A stretch of 64,000 bases of DNA from Obrimoposthia wandeli. Its lineage: Eukaryota. Within the stretch, counting starts at the first letter, position 1. Each line of letters begins with the position of its first letter. The DNA lies in the NCBI GenBank assembly GCA_977020255.1, contig CDROCS010000506.1, positions 2,294,001-2,358,000 of the forward strand. The letters run 5' to 3'. Below the pieces are notes generated by a model, which was given only the letters and a program-made list of their open reading frames with translations, made no database searches and was not told where the DNA came from. Both the position numbers and the translations under genes were made by a program. This document shows positions 44,687 through 53,472 of this stretch, one piece after another.

Positions 44687-46024
44687 ATGGATAAATTATG
44701 GTGCGGTTTCATCAAACCTCTGCAAGGGGCGCGTTTGGCGTGGATGGAAATCATGTTTATTACTTTGATTTCTGCGGCGAGTTGGGTGTATTTTTATCCC
44801 TTTCCGCAGGGGTTAAAGGCGCATTATTTCTTTTGGCCTTTGCTGGGACCGTTACTGGTTGCTTTACGTTATGGGTTTGCTAAAGGTTTCATTTGTACAA
44901 TGTTAATGACCATCATATTTGTGTTTGTGGCAAAAGATGATGGTGTCTTGCTCTCATTCCCTTTTTCTTTGGTTGTTGGCTTGTTTTTCATGGTTATGGC
45001 CGCCGGTGAGTTTCGAGATCATTGGCAACGTCGTATTGATAAATGTGTACTCGAGCATAAACGTATGCAACAAAAATTAGCCGACTTTACTAAAAATTAT
45101 CATTTACTCAAAGTATCGCATGACCAATTAGAATTACGTCATGTCGGCAAACCTGTCAGTCTTCGTGCAGAAATAAATTCATTGCAGCAACTGGCTCTAC
45201 AGCATAGCGAACGTCGATTAATTCATATTGCCGATCCACTATTGGCCTTACTTGCACATGTCGGTGGGCTACAAGTCGCAGGTATTTATACTGTAATGAA
45301 TGATGATATCGAGCTGCAGCCTAATGCACTCATTGGCGATAAACACAAGCTTGTACTTGATGATCCAATGCTACAAGATATGTTGGAATGTAAAAAACTA
45401 CTCTCCCCGATAACCAGCCATATACCGCATCGTTCACGTTATCAATTATGTATTCCGCTGGTGGATAGTACGGGTAAACTGCAAGCTGTAGTATTAGCTG
45501 AAACAGTGAGGTTTTTTTCATTAACACCCGCGAATGTCGTTTTGCTGTCATTGATTGCTGATAATGCAGCTGATTTATTAAGTCATGATTTATTAACGCC
45601 AGTGTTGATGGAATATCAACATGATCTGTTTATCCGTTATATCTACCGCGCGCATTATAATCACCGAGAGTATGCCATGGATAGTTGCTTAATCATTTTA
45701 GATGACTGCAGTGGTCTACATCATAACGAATTACATAGCTTAATTAATTACCGCCGAGGTGGTGATGTATATTGGGTATGCGAACCACCTAATCAGCCAG
45801 CGCGGCTGATGGTTTTATTGCCACTCACCTCGATGGCAGATAGTCTGCTATACATTTCCCGAGTAAAAGAAGTCTTGTTTGAGAATTTGGGAGAACGCAG
45901 TAATGATATCGATATTTTAGGGCCTTTTTCATTTGATAAAGAGCAAGATAATATTGATGAACTCATTAAAAAATGGGGGCCTAATGATGACAATACTACT
46001 GTTTCTACTGGCGCTTTCGGCTGA
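44687..46024 (+). CDS. pelD: PelD: c-di-GMP receptor (TM, GAF, degenerate GGDEF)
   Basis: LVALRYG, GEFRDHW, LLKVSHDQLE; I-site RxxD retained as RGGD (45755-45766), followed by LMVLLPLT. Confidence 0.9.
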   Translation: MDKLWCGFIKPLQGARLAWMEIMFITLISAASWVYFYPFPQGLKAHYFFWPLLGPLLVALRYGFAKGFICTMLMTIIFVFVAKDDGVLLSFPFSLVVGLFFMVMAAGEFRDHWQRRIDKCVLEHKRMQQKLADFTKNYHLLKVSHDQLELRHVGKPVSLRAEINSLQQLALQHSERRLIHIADPLLALLAHVGGLQVAGIYTVMNDDIELQPNALIGDKHKLVLDDPMLQDMLECKKLLSPITSHIPHRSRYQLCIPLVDSTGKLQAVVLAETVRFFSLTPANVVLLSLIADNAADLLSHDLLTPVLMEYQHDLFIRYIYRAHYNHREYAMDSCLIILDDCSGLHHNELHSLINYRRGGDVYWVCEPPNQPARLMVLLPLTSMADSLLYISRVKEVLFENLGERSNDIDILGPFSFDKEQDNIDELIKKWGPNDDNTTVSTGAFG

Positions 46025-46961
46025 ATTATGGAGCTTCTACGTTTTACTCGGTGCTGATTTTTCAGCGCTAAATTGGGGGCGTTATGCCGCAATACATCTT
46101 GGTGCTTGCGGTGTATTTACTTGGCGTGCTTGGTTATTATTACCGCATGGTTATAAATTCCCAGTATGGCGTAATATTTGTTTTTTATTCAGCTTTTCAT
46201 TTTTCATTCCGCTACTTGGTATGTTTGGTGGCGGCGCTTTATTGGTTGCTTTGTATCGCCCCAAAGTCAATGTTCCTGTTACTTGGGGGGAGTGTGAACC
46301 CACTTCACTTTCCTCCTTATCAACACAATTAGATGTGAATAGTACTCAGCATTATAGTGCTGGGGCACTTCGCGATATATTAATGCATTGTCTGGATCCT
46401 GAACCTCGTTTACAGGCAGTTAATTTTGCTTGTCATTTATCACCGCAACAAGCGATACCAATTCTACAATTAGCGTTAAAGGATTTATCTGATGATGTCC
46501 GACTGTTCTCTTATGCTTCTTTGGAAGAAATGGAAGCTAAAATTAATGTATCAATTACCCAGCTTAAATCGCAATTCGTGTCTCAAAAAAAGGCCGGTAT
46601 AGCGTTCAATATTGCCGAACAGTACTGGGAGTTATGTTATCTCGGCCTCGCTGAAAGCGTGTTGTATTCACACTATCTAGAGCAAGCATCTTGGTACCTT
46701 ACTCGTGCAAATCAGATTACTGAGAGTGCCACGAGTAATTTATTACTTGGACGTATAATGCTAGCGCAGAAAAAACCAGAGCAAGCATTAGGTTACTTAA
46801 CTCGAGCATTAGATGGCGGATTATTGACTCAGCAAGTATTACCTTATCTTGCCGAAGCTAGTTTTGCATTGGGTAACTATGAGTTGACTAAATACTACAT
46901 AACGCAGTTACAAACCAGTAAACATAATCCGTTACAACAACTAAAGGAATATTGGCTATGA
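45984..46961 (+). CDS. pelE: PelE inner-membrane TPR-like protein
   Basis: N-terminal TM helices, ALKDLSDDVRLFSY, YWELCYLGLA; probable ATG 45984 (ORF track starts 45933). Confidence 0.87.
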   Translation: MMTILLFLLALSAELWSFYVLLGADFSALNWGRYAAIHLGACGVFTWRAWLLLPHGYKFPVWRNICFLFSFSFFIPLLGMFGGGALLVALYRPKVNVPVTWGECEPTSLSSLSTQLDVNSTQHYSAGALRDILMHCLDPEPRLQAVNFACHLSPQQAIPILQLALKDLSDDVRLFSYASLEEMEAKINVSITQLKSQFVSQKKAGIAFNIAEQYWELCYLGLAESVLYSHYLEQASWYLTRANQITESATSNLLLGRIMLAQKKPEQALGYLTRALDGGLLTQQVLPYLAEASFALGNYELTKYYITQLQTSKHNPLQQLKEYWL

Positions 46962-48472
46962 AGAACGATGTCGATATTTGTTTGTTGCTTGAAGGCACTT
47001 ATCCCTATGTGCGGGGGGGCGTTTCTAGTTGGATGCATCAAATTATTAAAGGTTTACCTGAATTTTCTTTTCATATCATCTTTTTGGGCAGTGAACCGAC
47101 GTTATATAGCAAGCCTGCTTATGATCTTCCTGATAATGTGGTCGGATTTGAAATACATTATTTATTACCCCTCGAGGATAATAAAATACCAACACCGACC
47201 GTTGGAGACCGCCGTTTATTTGATTCCTGGCAACGTTTTTTAACTTTTTTTAACAGTGCCAAAGAACCGATACCAAGTGAACTGCTTGGTGAGATTGTCG
47301 AATTTTTAGGAAAAAAAAATAAATTAAGTTTGACTGATTTTCTTAATAGTCGAGCTTCATGGGACGTGCTTATTGAGCATTATCAACAACAGCAAACTAA
47401 TGAGTCCTTTGTCGATTTTTTTTGGACATATCGTAATATTTATCAAGCGCTCTTTGTGTTGGCTAGTATCTCTCAATCACTGCCAAATGCGCGGGCTTAT
47501 CATAGTATTTCTACGGGTTATGCAGGATTCTTGGGGGCGTGTTGTCGACAGAAAAGTAACCGACCTTTTTTAATCACTGAGCATGGCATTTATACCAAAG
47601 AACGAAAAATAGATTTATCTCAAGTCAGTTGGATCACAGATAAACATGATTTGTTGGATGTCAGTATGCATAAAAGTATGGATGCAACTCGGCAAACTTG
47701 GACTCGGTTTTTTGAGCAATTGGGCATGTCTGCTTACCATCAGGCCGATCGTGTCGTTGCGCTTTTTGAAGGTAATCGGCAGCGGCAACATGCAGATGGA
47801 GCGACGAGTGATAAAACTCAGGTTATTGCTAATGGTATTGATATAGAACGCTTTTCATCCGCATATGAACAGCGCCTTGATATCCCCCCTATGGTTGTAG
47901 GTTTAGTCGGAAGAGTCGTGCCAATTAAAGATATCAAAACCTTTATCCGTACATTAAAAAGCGCAGTAGAAAAAATACCGACCATAGAGGGCTGGATCAT
48001 TGGGCCCGCGGAAGAAAATGAGATTTATGCGCATGAGTGTAGATTATTAATTAGCAGTTTAGGGTTGGAAGACCGAGTTAAAATGTTAGGAAGCCAAAAT
48101 GTAGCCGAAATTATGCCCAAGCTTGGCATCATGATGTTAACTTCGATCAGTGAGGCACAACCTTTGGTACTACTTGAGGCCATGGCGTCAGGGATCCCTT
48201 GTATTGCAACGGATGTCGGAGCGTGCAGTGAAATTCTTAATGGCATGGTAGGTGAGGATGCGAGTCTTGGTTCCTGCGGTATGATAATCCCAATCGCAAG
48301 CCCCACTGTCGGTGCCAAGGCCATTGTTAAATTATTCTCTGATGCTGGAATATGGCGTAAAACTGGCGATATAGGTAAGACGAGAGTCGCTAAATATTAC
48401 GATCAAGAGTTGATGTACGATGCATATCGACATTTATATAAAGGAGCGATTGATGGCGGGTATCGGCTTTGA
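46958..48472 (+). CDS. pelF: PelF GT4 glycosyltransferase
   Basis: LLEGTYPYVRGGVSSW, STGYAG, TEHGIYTKER, GRVVPIKDIKTF, LTSISEAQPL, TDVG; ATGA overlap with the pelE stop. Confidence 0.95.
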   Translation: MKNDVDICLLLEGTYPYVRGGVSSWMHQIIKGLPEFSFHIIFLGSEPTLYSKPAYDLPDNVVGFEIHYLLPLEDNKIPTPTVGDRRLFDSWQRFLTFFNSAKEPIPSELLGEIVEFLGKKNKLSLTDFLNSRASWDVLIEHYQQQQTNESFVDFFWTYRNIYQALFVLASISQSLPNARAYHSISTGYAGFLGACCRQKSNRPFLITEHGIYTKERKIDLSQVSWITDKHDLLDVSMHKSMDATRQTWTRFFEQLGMSAYHQADRVVALFEGNRQRQHADGATSDKTQVIANGIDIERFSSAYEQRLDIPPMVVGLVGRVVPIKDIKTFIRTLKSAVEKIPTIEGWIIGPAEENEIYAHECRLLISSLGLEDRVKMLGSQNVAEIMPKLGIMMLTSISEAQPLVLLEAMASGIPCIATDVGACSEILNGMVGEDASLGSCGMIIPIASPTVGAKAIVKLFSDAGIWRKTGDIGKTRVAKYYDQELMYDAYRHLYKGAIDGGYRL

Positions 48473-49823
48473 ACTCAGAAAAATATTAAAGCGTAATACG
48501 TTATTATCCATTGTTGAGGCATATGGATTAGCGGGTTTGATTAGTTCAGGCCCTTGGGTATTATCAATTTTAGCCCTGCTGGTGATTGGGATTGTTAGTT
48601 TAGGTACATTCGAGTCTTATGTGATAACTCAATTTTTGATACTCGTGACCTATTTAATGGCGGGTTCACTGATCATCAGTGGATTATTTCAATTACTGTT
48701 AACGCGTTTTATCTCTGATTTAATTTATGCGAAACAAGAACAGCGCATTGTGCCTAATCTGTTAGGTGCGATGTTCGTGACAACGGTATTATCCGCGATT
48801 TTAGCGGGGGGGATTTTGGCTATAGCGGTAGAAATAAATCCACTCACTAAAGTTATTATACTTGCTGCGTTTGTTATTCTTTGTAATCAATGGTTGGTGT
48901 TAATATTTCTGAGTGGGTTAAAAGAATATTACCGAATATTTTTTACGATCGCGGGGTGTTATGGGTTAATGGTGGTTTTATGTATCCTTGTTCCCCCATT
49001 TGGATTGACTGGATTCATGGCTATTTTTACTTTTTGCCAAGCATTGCTCACGTTCATTTTTCTCTATCATGTGATTCGACAATTTCCTGCAAAACGATTA
49101 ATTTTATTTGAATTTATTGATCATGAAAATGTATTTTTCTCGTTGTTGTTTTGTGGTTTTTTTTATAATTTAGGCGTATGGCTGGATAAATTTGTATTTT
49201 GGTCAAGAGATGAAACATCGCATCAAGTATTTAGTTTTTTACGCGCTTCTTATATCTATGACTTACCTATTTTTATTGCTTACCTTGCGATAGTCCCCGG
49301 TATGGCTGTTTTTATTATGCGCATGGAAACTGATTTTTCCCAAGCCTGCTTGAAGTTTTACAATACCGTACGTGAAGGCGGGACGTTGGATGAGATCTAC
49401 CAGCTAAAAGATAACATGGTACTTACTTGCCGGCACAGCATGTATGAAATATTTAAAGTACAGGGAATGACGTTAGTATTGTTATTGTTGTGGAGTGAGG
49501 ATATTTTACAGGCGTTGGACATTGATCTTGCCTATCTGCATTTACTTTATGTCGATCTTATTGGTGTTAGTTTACAAGTGTTAGTCATGGCCATATTAAA
49601 TATCATGTATTACCTAGATAAGCGTTATGCAGCATTAGCATTAACGTTATTTATGGCGGTGAGTAACTTTGTCTTAGCGCATATCAGCATTGAAATAGGA
49701 CCACTATTCTATGGTTATGGTTTTACGTTGACCATGTTACTGACAACGCTTATCGGCTTCATCATGTTAGATAAACAGTTTGCTGACTTAGAATACCAAA
49801 CATTTATGCTGCAGCGCTCATAA
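48453..49823 (+). CDS. pelG: PelG inner-membrane transporter
   Basis: MAGIGFELRK N-terminus, SSGPW, GVWLDKFVFW, YDLPIF, RMETDF; AAGGAG RBS before ATG 48453. Confidence 0.95.
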   Translation: MAGIGFELRKILKRNTLLSIVEAYGLAGLISSGPWVLSILALLVIGIVSLGTFESYVITQFLILVTYLMAGSLIISGLFQLLLTRFISDLIYAKQEQRIVPNLLGAMFVTTVLSAILAGGILAIAVEINPLTKVIILAAFVILCNQWLVLIFLSGLKEYYRIFFTIAGCYGLMVVLCILVPPFGLTGFMAIFTFCQALLTFIFLYHVIRQFPAKRLILFEFIDHENVFFSLLFCGFFYNLGVWLDKFVFWSRDETSHQVFSFLRASYIYDLPIFIAYLAIVPGMAVFIMRMETDFSQACLKFYNTVREGGTLDEIYQLKDNMVLTCRHSMYEIFKVQGMTLVLLLLWSEDILQALDIDLAYLHLLYVDLIGVSLQVLVMAILNIMYYLDKRYAALALTLFMAVSNFVLAHISIEIGPLFYGYGFTLTMLLTTLIGFIMLDKQFADLEYQTFMLQRS

Positions 49824-50708
49824 ACAACTCCATCGGTAGCTATCATCAAGCGCGAGAGGGAGTATTAAGGTGCTAAACTTTCTATTATTAGCATCTAAGC
49901 ATAAGGCATCGCGAGCATCTTGGTCATTAATATATATTTTCTTGTATTCAGCATTAAAAACAGGTTTTTCTGCGTCAATGAAGGGTGTTAGTAGTGCGCA
50001 TTCCTTATACTGAAAGCATTGTTCATTAACAGCGAAATCATAATGTGATACGAGATCGCTAACTTGGTCTAAATTATTTTTAAGGCCAATAGACAGGCCT
50101 TGCTTATGGGCTTCGCTGGCTAACCAGATGTTATAGTCGAGCTGATCAATGGCTGTGAAGCTAAAGCCAGGGTTGTTGGTATAACCATCGACATTGTCTG
50201 GTTCCACGCCATCACAGGCTTTATCTTTGGCGGTGATTAAGCGCGCTTTCATAATGTCTCTTACATTGTCAGAACGAACATCTATCCAACGCTCTCCTGG
50301 CCATTCATCAAGTGGATTGCCAAGATCTGATGCGGTAAATTCGTTTGCATCATCACGCCAATCTTCGTAAGTGCCTGCGGAGAAATAACAAATGACCTTT
50401 TTATTTTGCTCATGTAATGAGGTTATCTGCTGCATGTTAGTATCAAATAAATCAACATCATAAATATTAACGGAGTAACTGGTATTAATTGTTCCTTGCA
50501 GTTGCCATTGCCAAGTATCCATGACTGCGGGCTTGTACCATGGCTCGGGGCTCGGGTCTGGATTGGGAATAGGCTCCGGATCAGGATTGGGTGCTGGAAT
50601 TGGTATGTCAGGCTCCTCAGGTATCGAGGATACATTATCATCACTTGAACAACTGCCAAACCCGATAATCATTAACGCGCTTAAGGTAATTACAAGGACA
50701 TTTCTCAT
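49818..50708 (-). CDS. GH114 endo-alpha-1,4-polygalactosaminidase-like lipoprotein (Ega3-like)
   Basis: Lipobox FGSC (Cys20), Pro-rich linker, WQWQLQG, YDVDLFD, ICYFSAGTYEDWRDD, WPGERWIDVR, DGVEPDNVDGY, GLKN, AVNEQC, VFNAEY. Confidence 0.9.
   Translation of the reverse strand: MRNVLVITLSALMIIGFGSCSSDDNVSSIPEEPDIPIPAPNPDPEPIPNPDPSPEPWYKPAVMDTWQWQLQGTINTSYSVNIYDVDLFDTNMQQITSLHEQNKKVICYFSAGTYEDWRDDANEFTASDLGNPLDEWPGERWIDVRSDNVRDIMKARLITAKDKACDGVEPDNVDGYTNNPGFSFTAIDQLDYNIWLASEAHKQGLSIGLKNNLDQVSDLVSHYDFAVNEQCFQYKECALLTPFIDAEKPVFNAEYKKIYINDQDARDALCLDANNRKFSTLILPLALDDSYRWSCL
50541..50621 (-). repeat. Pro-X low-complexity linker (PEEPDIPIPAPNPDPEPIPNPDPSPEP)
   Basis: Residues 30-56 of the GH114 ORF; imperfect PNPDP duplication. 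Confidence 0.9.
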
Positions 50709-50710
50709 CG

Positions 50711-53245
50711 TTATTTATCCGCTTGATCAACAGTAAAGGTACGACCATTATGATCAACATCGGTAGTAATAAGGCGTTGCCCGCCATAAAATATACCGCC
50801 AGTTATACCCGTTGCTCTTGCTTTAATCGCATCGTCGGCAAATAACGTCACGCTATTGTTATTCCGGTTCCAGGTACCGCGTAGATTAGCTGACTTGGCT
50901 GCTAATTTTTCTTCGGTCATTACCCCGATAGTATAATAATCTAAGTTAATAATTGGCAGGGTCAGTAATTGATTGAAATAATCGGTGACTGCATGCAGCC
51001 AATCGTATTGCAAGGTAAGTCCGTTACCATAATTATGTAAGTTACTAATATGGAAATAGTGTGGCGAAGGACTAAAAGTCAGCATATGCCTAAAGGTAGT
51101 TTCTGCTTCAGCGGCTAATATGCCATTATAATTACGTGGCTGGCAGATAGCACCAGCAATATGACAAGGATTATCTCCAGCCTCAATGTGACGTTCATAA
51201 AATATATAGTTGTACTCGTCGGTTAATTCCTCTGGTGTGGTGACATTATAAAATAAAGAGGTGGGATAACGCGGCAGTAATAAAATATTAGTGTCTGGCA
51301 CATAAGAAGGAATATTTTGGTTTGGACGTGATATATCAGAGGCCATATAACGAATACCTAGTGTGGCCATACTTTCAAATAATTCGGTATTCCGGCCCTC
51401 CGGATAATCAACAAAGATGGACGATGCTTCGTTGGAACTTTCGGAATCTTCTAAGCCAGAATGATTACCCGTTACTAAAACTTGAGATGCATTGGTAAAC
51501 CCTGGAAGGTTCAGACGGAGCCAAAGGATTAGGTTATCACTTATTTCTTGGAAGGCTATATCATAAGTTGCACCTGAACTTTTATACATATCCCGATGGC
51601 TGAAAGTATGATTTAAAAATCGGAAATTATTTTTATATTTGGTTATTGTATCGGTAAGTGGTTCTTGGCTCGTATATCGAATGATTAAACGTGGGCGTCT
51701 GAGTTCTCGGCCGGTTTCAGTACTATAAATTTGAATGGCTTGGTCTGCGTCTGCCATGATCATAAGACCCGCTTTAGGAATATTAGTTTGTTGCCATTGA
51801 TTTACTAGTGATGTGATGTTGGCTTTGATGCGGTTTTTAGCAATTGTGTAGCTTATACAACTTGAAGGATCAAAATCACCACCTTTATTTATCCAACTTC
51901 TTTGTACACTATTGTGTGTCCAGTTGGCTTGATCTTCCCATTTTTGTTGTATTAAGCATATACGTCCTGTACCTGTCACTACTTCACCACGCGCGACTTT
52001 TACTCTCAATTTTAAAACTGCTTTCGAAGATAGGTTGTGAACATTGTCTGGTAATTCAAAAGTAACGAGTGCTCGCGCTTGCTGTGTACTTGAATTATTT
52101 ATATTCAGTACTTTACTTTCAGCATAACTACTACTTTGTCTTGCTGAACTAATGTAAGTATCAGAGATGGATTCTAATATCACTTTCGCTGGCGTGTTTA
52201 CTGAAGCGCCAGCACCGTTAAATACCATATCTAGTTTAAAGTTAGTTAAATTTGAATATGTCGAATTAAATTGATTGTTCGCTGCGACGATATTCTCTAT
52301 ATCATTTGCGGTGTTGCGGTAAATTTTATAATCGTTAGTTATATTTTTTAGTGGATCCCAAATTTCGTCGGCAAGATAGAGATCATCAATGTGTGCTGCG
52401 AGATAAACTTGGCGGGAACCAATAAATACACCTTGTGTGGCAAAGTTTAAAAATTCGTAATTTAATAACTGTGAATAAATCAAATACCAAGCATTGGTGA
52501 TACTTGAAAATAGTACTTCGCGACCGTCGTTATAGATTAATTTTGATACCATTATTTTACCCGATGCTTTGTCAGTAAGCAGTGGTGTAACGACCGGCCC
52601 ATTTGGATCTAGACTCGGTGTTGTGATTATGGTGTAGTCAGTGATAGGGAGGGTATTGGCTTTATTTACATATTCAAAGATGTCATTGTTGTTAATGGGT
52701 AACTGCCAGACGCCGGTATAAGAAAACCCCGCGACCAACGAATTCATATCCATCCCATAGTCTAGATCGTAAGTGACTCGGAAATATTCACCTGACATCG
52801 GATACCCAGATAATACCGATTCTCGGACTTTAAAATCACGCTCATAAGCATGTAATCGCTTCCATTCTTCTAGTGTGAATGCAGAGCCGTTAACGTTACC
52901 GTTGCCCAAATAATACAGCGAACTGTCGGTTAAAATTATACCGTTGTAATTACCTTGGTCATTTGTCACTAACACATCATCTGTGAGTTCGGTTTGTGTC
53001 GCGTCTAAAACATCATAAGGAACGCCCATTTCATCGAGCATATCATCGATTAAATCTAAACCTTGATCTTGCTCTGCAGTACCAGTAGTGATCACTAAAA
53101 CTTTTAAGTCCACGATAGGTGTACTACTTGCTGATAAAGGTAATAACAATAAGATCGGCAGAATAAATAACCAAGGTGGTGTTTTTAATATGCGCGCGAC
53201 TTTACTGGATGCTTTATTGAGTAACATACTGTGACTCCAATACAT
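50711..53245 (-). CDS. Secreted Agd3 (CE18)-like carbohydrate deacetylase with inserted DNRLRE-like domain
   Basis: Signal-peptide-like WLFILPILLLLPLSAS; GVPYDVL and YNGIIL N-domain; YLAAHIDDLYL (HIDD at 52382-52393), FLNHTFSH (HTFSH at 51596-51610), LLPRYPTSLFYN, PHYFHISNL. Family recognised from motif order, not from a search; true start may be ATG 53227. Confidence 0.78.
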   Translation of the reverse strand: MYWSHSMLLNKASSKVARILKTPPWLFILPILLLLPLSASSTPIVDLKVLVITTGTAEQDQGLDLIDDMLDEMGVPYDVLDATQTELTDDVLVTNDQGNYNGIILTDSSLYYLGNGNVNGSAFTLEEWKRLHAYERDFKVRESVLSGYPMSGEYFRVTYDLDYGMDMNSLVAGFSYTGVWQLPINNNDIFEYVNKANTLPITDYTIITTPSLDPNGPVVTPLLTDKASGKIMVSKLIYNDGREVLFSSITNAWYLIYSQLLNYEFLNFATQGVFIGSRQVYLAAHIDDLYLADEIWDPLKNITNDYKIYRNTANDIENIVAANNQFNSTYSNLTNFKLDMVFNGAGASVNTPAKVILESISDTYISSARQSSSYAESKVLNINNSSTQQARALVTFELPDNVHNLSSKAVLKLRVKVARGEVVTGTGRICLIQQKWEDQANWTHNSVQRSWINKGGDFDPSSCISYTIAKNRIKANITSLVNQWQQTNIPKAGLMIMADADQAIQIYSTETGRELRRPRLIIRYTSQEPLTDTITKYKNNFRFLNHTFSHRDMYKSSGATYDIAFQEISDNLILWLRLNLPGFTNASQVLVTGNHSGLEDSESSNEASSIFVDYPEGRNTELFESMATLGIRYMASDISRPNQNIPSYVPDTNILLLPRYPTSLFYNVTTPEELTDEYNYIFYERHIEAGDNPCHIAGAICQPRNYNGILAAEAETTFRHMLTFSPSPHYFHISNLHNYGNGLTLQYDWLHAVTDYFNQLLTLPIINLDYYTIGVMTEEKLAAKSANLRGTWNRNNNSVTLFADDAIKARATGITGGIFYGGQRLITTDVDHNGRTFTVDQADK

Positions 53246-53436
53246 GTTTAAATGATGATATTAAATAGACGTTATCCGCTGATACCTTGTGAATACGTGT
53301 TGACGCATGATTGGGATAGCGCTTGTAATAACATTTTAAAGTGTAGACATTAAATCTAGCAGTGTAAAATACTGCATAGTGTCTTTTAACGTGATAGATA
53401 ACTGGTATAGACTTATCTTTTAAAATTAGCTACATT

Positions 53437-53456
53437 AACTGTTTATTCATACAGTT
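53437..53456. promoter_or_regulatory. LexA (SOS) box upstream of topB
   Basis: AA-CTGT-TTATTCAT-ACAG-TT: exact CTGT-N8-ACAG with palindromic flanks; the core ends 18 bp before the topB ATG and TATAAT lies at 53457-53462. Confidence 0.8.
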
Positions 53457-53472
53457 TATAATTGCTAACATC

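Noticed and set aside
37664-53472. Pel block as a discrete mobile element
   Set aside because: No integrase, transposase, tRNA target or flanking direct repeat found.
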